Of a DNA stretch of 32,000 nt, positions 29,043-32,000 are shown in pieces (positions within the stretch are counted from its first letter, which is position 1; every line of letters begins with the position of its first letter). Below the pieces are notes generated by a model that did not search any database, had not been told where the DNA came from, and saw only the letters and a list, made by a program, of their open reading frames with translations. Source of the DNA: Synechocystis sp. PCC 6803 substr. PCC-P (GTDB lineage: Bacteria > Cyanobacteriota > Cyanobacteriia > Cyanobacteriales > Microcystaceae); the NCBI RefSeq assembly GCF_000284455.1, contig NC_017039.1:1200001-1232000 (forward strand), in the 5' to 3' direction. A program made the translations under genes and the position numbers.

Positions 29043-30239
29043 TCAAGCTAGCCCCAGGGATTCTTCCAACGCACCAATTACGACTTCCGCCACCTGTTGA
29101 ATGCGAAAACGACAGGCCAGGGTTTCAGTGGAATTAAAACTGCCATTTTCCCAAAATTTATTACTGCCAGCGCCACCACCACACAAACCGAAATAATCAC
29201 AGGTTTGGCGACATTTTTCCACCCCCTGGGTCATATCGTGGTAAATGCGCTGGAATTTTTCCGTTTGACAAATAGATGCAAAAGAATCCGTTAACACATT
29301 ACCAAAAATAAAATCACCATACTGGGGCGTTTTAATGGCTAATAATTCTGGGTCAAAGGTGGAAAAGTTACCCTGGTGGTCGATGCTAACAATGGCAAAG
29401 GGACGATTCATATCCGTGTGATCGAGACGGTCTTCGGTGTAAATCAAATTGCATAAACATTCAAATTCCCGCACTCGAAATTCTGGTTCACTGGTGCTGG
29501 TTAATTGCCAAAATCGTTCCAAAAATTGTCGATATTTTTGTAAAGTGCCCTGTTTATTCAGGGAAGATTCTGTGTTAATTCCCTCTGTTTCTTCCATATT
29601 AAAACCCACATCCAGTAGGTTATGATCCCGGAAAAAGTGAAAAATTTCGTCGGGATAATCTAAAGATTCTTCAGTTAAAACTGCAATAACACTGTGACAA
29701 ATATCATTTTTTTGTAACCATTCAATGCCTCGCATGGTGGCGGCATGGCTACCCCGGCCAGTTCTGGTTTTACGGTGTTTATCGTGGAGAAAAGCGGGGC
29801 CGTCTAAACTAATACCCACATGGACAGGATATTGTTTAAAGAGGTCACACCAAGCTTGGTTAATTAAAATGCCATTACTTTGAAAGGAATGGTCAAACCA
29901 CAGTTGGCGGTGATTGTATTTTTCCCCGTAGGTTTCGATCTTGGCAAAAGCCTGACGGTAAAATTCTAGCCCAGCGGCCAATGGTTCCCCCGCATGCCAA
30001 CACAGACTAAAGTTGCTAGTGGTAAAAGGGCTAGCAAAAATCGCCTGCATAATTGGTTCCAACAAATCCAGGGGCAGATGATTTTTTAAATGGCGATCGG
30101 GTAAGTAACAATAATCACAATCTAAATTGCAATAGGAAGTGGGTTGAATAATAATTAAATTGGTGGGGCCAAAATTAGTTATGTCCACATCCCTTATACT
30201 TTCATTAATGGGTTGGGTTTGGTTGACTAAAGCTTGCAT
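29043..30239 (-). CDS. grrM: Radical SAM/SPASM cyclophane-forming peptide maturase, GrrM type
   Basis: 'IIQPTSYCNLDCDYCYLPDRHLKNHL' (CxxxCxxC), 'LCWHAGEPLAAGLEFY', 'VGISLDGPAFLHDKHRKTRTGRGSHAATMRGIEWLQ', SPASM cysteines 'CRQTCDYFGLCGGGAGSNKFWENGSFNSTETLACRF'; adjacent Gly-rich precursors. Confidence 0.88.
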   Translation of the reverse strand: MQALVNQTQPINESIRDVDITNFGPTNLIIIQPTSYCNLDCDYCYLPDRHLKNHLPLDLLEPIMQAIFASPFTTSNFSLCWHAGEPLAAGLEFYRQAFAKIETYGEKYNHRQLWFDHSFQSNGILINQAWCDLFKQYPVHVGISLDGPAFLHDKHRKTRTGRGSHAATMRGIEWLQKNDICHSVIAVLTEESLDYPDEIFHFFRDHNLLDVGFNMEETEGINTESSLNKQGTLQKYRQFLERFWQLTSTSEPEFRVREFECLCNLIYTEDRLDHTDMNRPFAIVSIDHQGNFSTFDPELLAIKTPQYGDFIFGNVLTDSFASICQTEKFQRIYHDMTQGVEKCRQTCDYFGLCGGGAGSNKFWENGSFNSTETLACRFRIQQVAEVVIGALEESLGLA

Positions 30240-30278
30240 AAGTGATCACCAATTGAGGCAAATGATTTGTTATTACAA

Positions 30279-30797
30279 TTAAAGGGGAGAAGTACATACC
30301 CAGATTGACTTTTGTTCATTAACTGGATCCATAATCAGTTGTGGCGCTAACCCTAAATTAGATTCCCTTGTTTCTTCAAAGTTAGAACCAAATACTGCTT
30401 GAAGTGGTTCACGGGCAATCTCCACAGGAACCTCAAAGGTGACAGCATAAACTCCCCAGGTGCCCGCCGGAATCATAACTGCTGAAACAGGAAGACCGTA
30501 ATAACTTTCCTTAATTTGATAGTAAGCAAAGTCATCCTCGATTTTATCTGGCACAAGACGCTGAAAAAATCGATGTTTTGGCCGATCAATCCCTTCCCAG
30601 GGAGCAAGATAAACTCCTTCAAATTTACATTCAGGAAAGCTCCGCATCATGTCCTCAAAATCACTGGCAAAGTTATCGGTAATGACTTTCGCCGGCTCGG
30701 CAAGAAGGGGTTGGGATGGTAATAGTTGGTAACCAACAATTGCCAGGGAGACTATCACTACCCGATAAGCAGAAACAGATGAGAAAGAAAACAGCAA
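30279..30797 (-). CDS. Hypothetical exported protein in the Grr locus
   Basis: 172 aa with a signal-like N-terminus (VVIVSLAIVGYQLLPSQPLLAEPA), lying between maturase and precursor genes in the same orientation. Confidence 0.7.
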   Translation of the reverse strand: MLFSFSSVSAYRVVIVSLAIVGYQLLPSQPLLAEPAKVITDNFASDFEDMMRSFPECKFEGVYLAPWEGIDRPKHRFFQRLVPDKIEDDFAYYQIKESYYGLPVSAVMIPAGTWGVYAVTFEVPVEIAREPLQAVFGSNFEETRESNLGLAPQLIMDPVNEQKSIWVCTSPL

Positions 30798-30841
30798 TTT
30801 TGTTCCCTAGGTTTCAGTGTTGGCTGTGAAATGTTAGTAAA

Positions 30842-31276
30842 CTACCAACGATTAACAAAACCACCGCCGCCGCCCCGGTTAACAAAGCCTCCCCCGTCTC
30901 CCCAACCATTGCCCCAGGGATTATTAACATTGGCAAAGCCGCCGCCCCCACTGCCATCGGCCCAGCCGCCGCGCCCGACATTAGCAAAGCCACCGCCCCC
31001 GGCACCATCACCCCATCCTCCCCGCCGGGCATTACCAAAACCACCACCACCGCCACCATTGGCAAAACCAGCTTGTAGATTAGCTCGATTGATGGGAGTT
31101 TCCTCTGGGGACATTTGATTAGCCCTTTGCTGTAGAGCTGAGCTGATATTGTTTAACCGAGTGGAAAGGGCATTCTGAGAATTAGTTGCCAGGGCATTGC
31201 CCGGTTCTGCCACTGTTCCGATCGCCGTTAGGGCAATTACAAATGCTGTCCAGCTAGAGCGGTTATTGATAGCCAT
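30842..31276 (-). CDS. grrA: GrrA/OscA-like Gly-rich cyclophane RiPP precursor, copy 1 (144 aa)
   Basis: MAINNRSSWTAFVIALTAIG leader; C-terminal core with 10 aromatic-X-N/D tripeptides (FAN, FGN, WGD, FAN, WAD, FAN, WGN, WGD, FVN, FVN) in Gly-rich sequence ending GGGFVNRW. The track start at 31333 appears too early. Confidence 0.82.
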   Translation of the reverse strand: MAINNRSSWTAFVIALTAIGTVAEPGNALATNSQNALSTRLNNISSALQQRANQMSPEETPINRANLQAGFANGGGGGGFGNARRGGWGDGAGGGGFANVGRGGWADGSGGGGFANVNNPWGNGWGDGGGFVNRGGGGGFVNRW

Positions 31277-31342
31277 GGATATTGCTCCCAGATTAATGAG
31301 GTGATGGGGAAAGAACAGATGGATGGATCTCAATGATAAGCC

Positions 31343-31747
31343 TTACCAACGGTTGATGAAGCCGCCCCCATCAGGCCAACGACGGTTATAGAAACCGCCC
31401 CGATCGCCCCAGCCGTTACGCCAAGGATTGATATTGCCGAAGCCACCGCCCCCTCGGCCATTGCCCCAGCCACCTCTACCTAGGTTAACAAATGTACCGC
31501 CACCTCGCCCATTACCCCAACCGATCGCCACCTGCATAGGGGTTTCTGGAGATTGGGAAGCATTTTCTGGGGAATTAGCTTTATCAGCAGTGTTTTTAAG
31601 GCTGGAATTAATGCGAGCAATGCGGGATTCAATGGTGGTGCCTTGATCTGGGCCATGATGGTCAACAGTGGCAGCCTGAGCTGAAGCGGACGTTACCCCG
31701 GCGATCGCCACCAGGAAAGCGGTCCAGCTAAGTTGGTTAGAGTTCAT
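31343..31747 (-). CDS. grrA: GrrA/OscA-like Gly-rich cyclophane RiPP precursor, copy 2 (134 aa)
   Basis: MNSNQLSWTAFLVAIAG leader; core with 9 aromatic-X-N/D tripeptides (WGN, FVN, WGN, FGN, WRN, WGD, FYN, WPD, FIN), ending GGGFINRW. Confidence 0.82.
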   Translation of the reverse strand: MNSNQLSWTAFLVAIAGVTSASAQAATVDHHGPDQGTTIESRIARINSSLKNTADKANSPENASQSPETPMQVAIGWGNGRGGGTFVNLGRGGWGNGRGGGGFGNINPWRNGWGDRGGFYNRRWPDGGGFINRW

Positions 31748-31855
31748 GACAAATACCTAAAAATGGACAACAACAATGGGGGTAGGGATTAGCCAAGGTT
31801 GGAACAGTCCCCAAAACGTGCCAACCAAATTACTACCAATTAAAGTCAACTTCGT

Positions 31856-32000
31856 TTACTGGCCATTTTTGGGTTCCATCACCTGCTCATGGGTAATTAC
31901 TAGGTAATTAAAAAATTGACGGAGATTGTCATTGTCCACGGGCACAATACCTTCGGTGCCGATCCATTTGTCAACGATGGCCACATCTTCCGGATCCCCT
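31856..32000 (-). CDS. C-terminus of a gene running off the window; candidate GrrP-like periplasmic substrate-binding-like protein
   Basis: Hand translation: GDPEDVAIVDKWIGTEGIVPVDNDNLRQFFNYLVITHEQVMEPKNGQ*. The GrrP assignment is from position only. Confidence 0.4.
   Translation of the reverse strand, partial: GDPEDVAIVDKWIGTEGIVPVDNDNLRQFFNYLVITHEQVMEPKNGQ

Noticed and set aside
30814-31118. Plus- and minus-strand ORFs such as LTKPPPPPRLTKPPPSPQPLPQ and MPMVAVVVVLVMPGG
   Set aside because: Shadow frames generated by the Gly-rich precursor codons (GGN/NCC repeats); they do not represent a Pro-rich protein.
30842-31747. Gly-rich repeats considered as an RNA-binding RGG protein or silk-like structural protein
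   Set aside because: The strict aromatic-X-N/D spacing, signal-like leader and adjacent SPASM rSAM enzyme fit RiPP precursors better.
1-32000. CRISPR arrays, tRNA/rRNA genes, intact insertion sequences, phage genes
   Set aside because: No regularly spaced direct repeats, no cloverleaf candidates or rRNA sequence, and no transposase with inverted termini were seen by eye. The Rpn-type gene at 10710-11492 is a nuclease-like family, not evidence of an intact IS.

Overview
This window is cyanobacterial chromosome. Dense HIP1 octamers (GCGATCGC, roughly 30 by hand count) and the gene content strongly suggest Synechocystis sp. PCC 6803 or a very close relative; that attribution is from memory, not a search. 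Most of it is housekeeping or conserved sequence: trpD, deoC, a GH116 glucosidase, mutS2, a PP2C phosphatase, an ABC1 kinase, ddl, an ExoD-like protein, clpS, a HoxW-type hydrogenase protease, rpsF, an FAH-family protein and CpcE. The most interesting region is the right end (about 29.0-32.0 kb). There, a radical SAM/SPASM maturase of the GrrM type lies downstream of two tandem, divergent Gly-rich precursor genes. Their C-terminal halves are packed with aromatic-X-Asn/Asp tripeptides (10 and 9 copies), a pattern consistent with a multi-cyclophane RiPP. A secreted protein of unknown function and the C-terminus of another gene (possibly grrP) accompany them. Other points of note: a LarA-like protein, AEC transporter, orphan solute-binding protein and output-less sensor cluster; a protein kinase P-loop relic missed by the ORF track; an unlisted conserved-looking 58-aa ORF; a long direct repeat in the LysR/pirin divergent promoter; and a decayed-looking UPF0175-like gene beside an Rpn-type nuclease.
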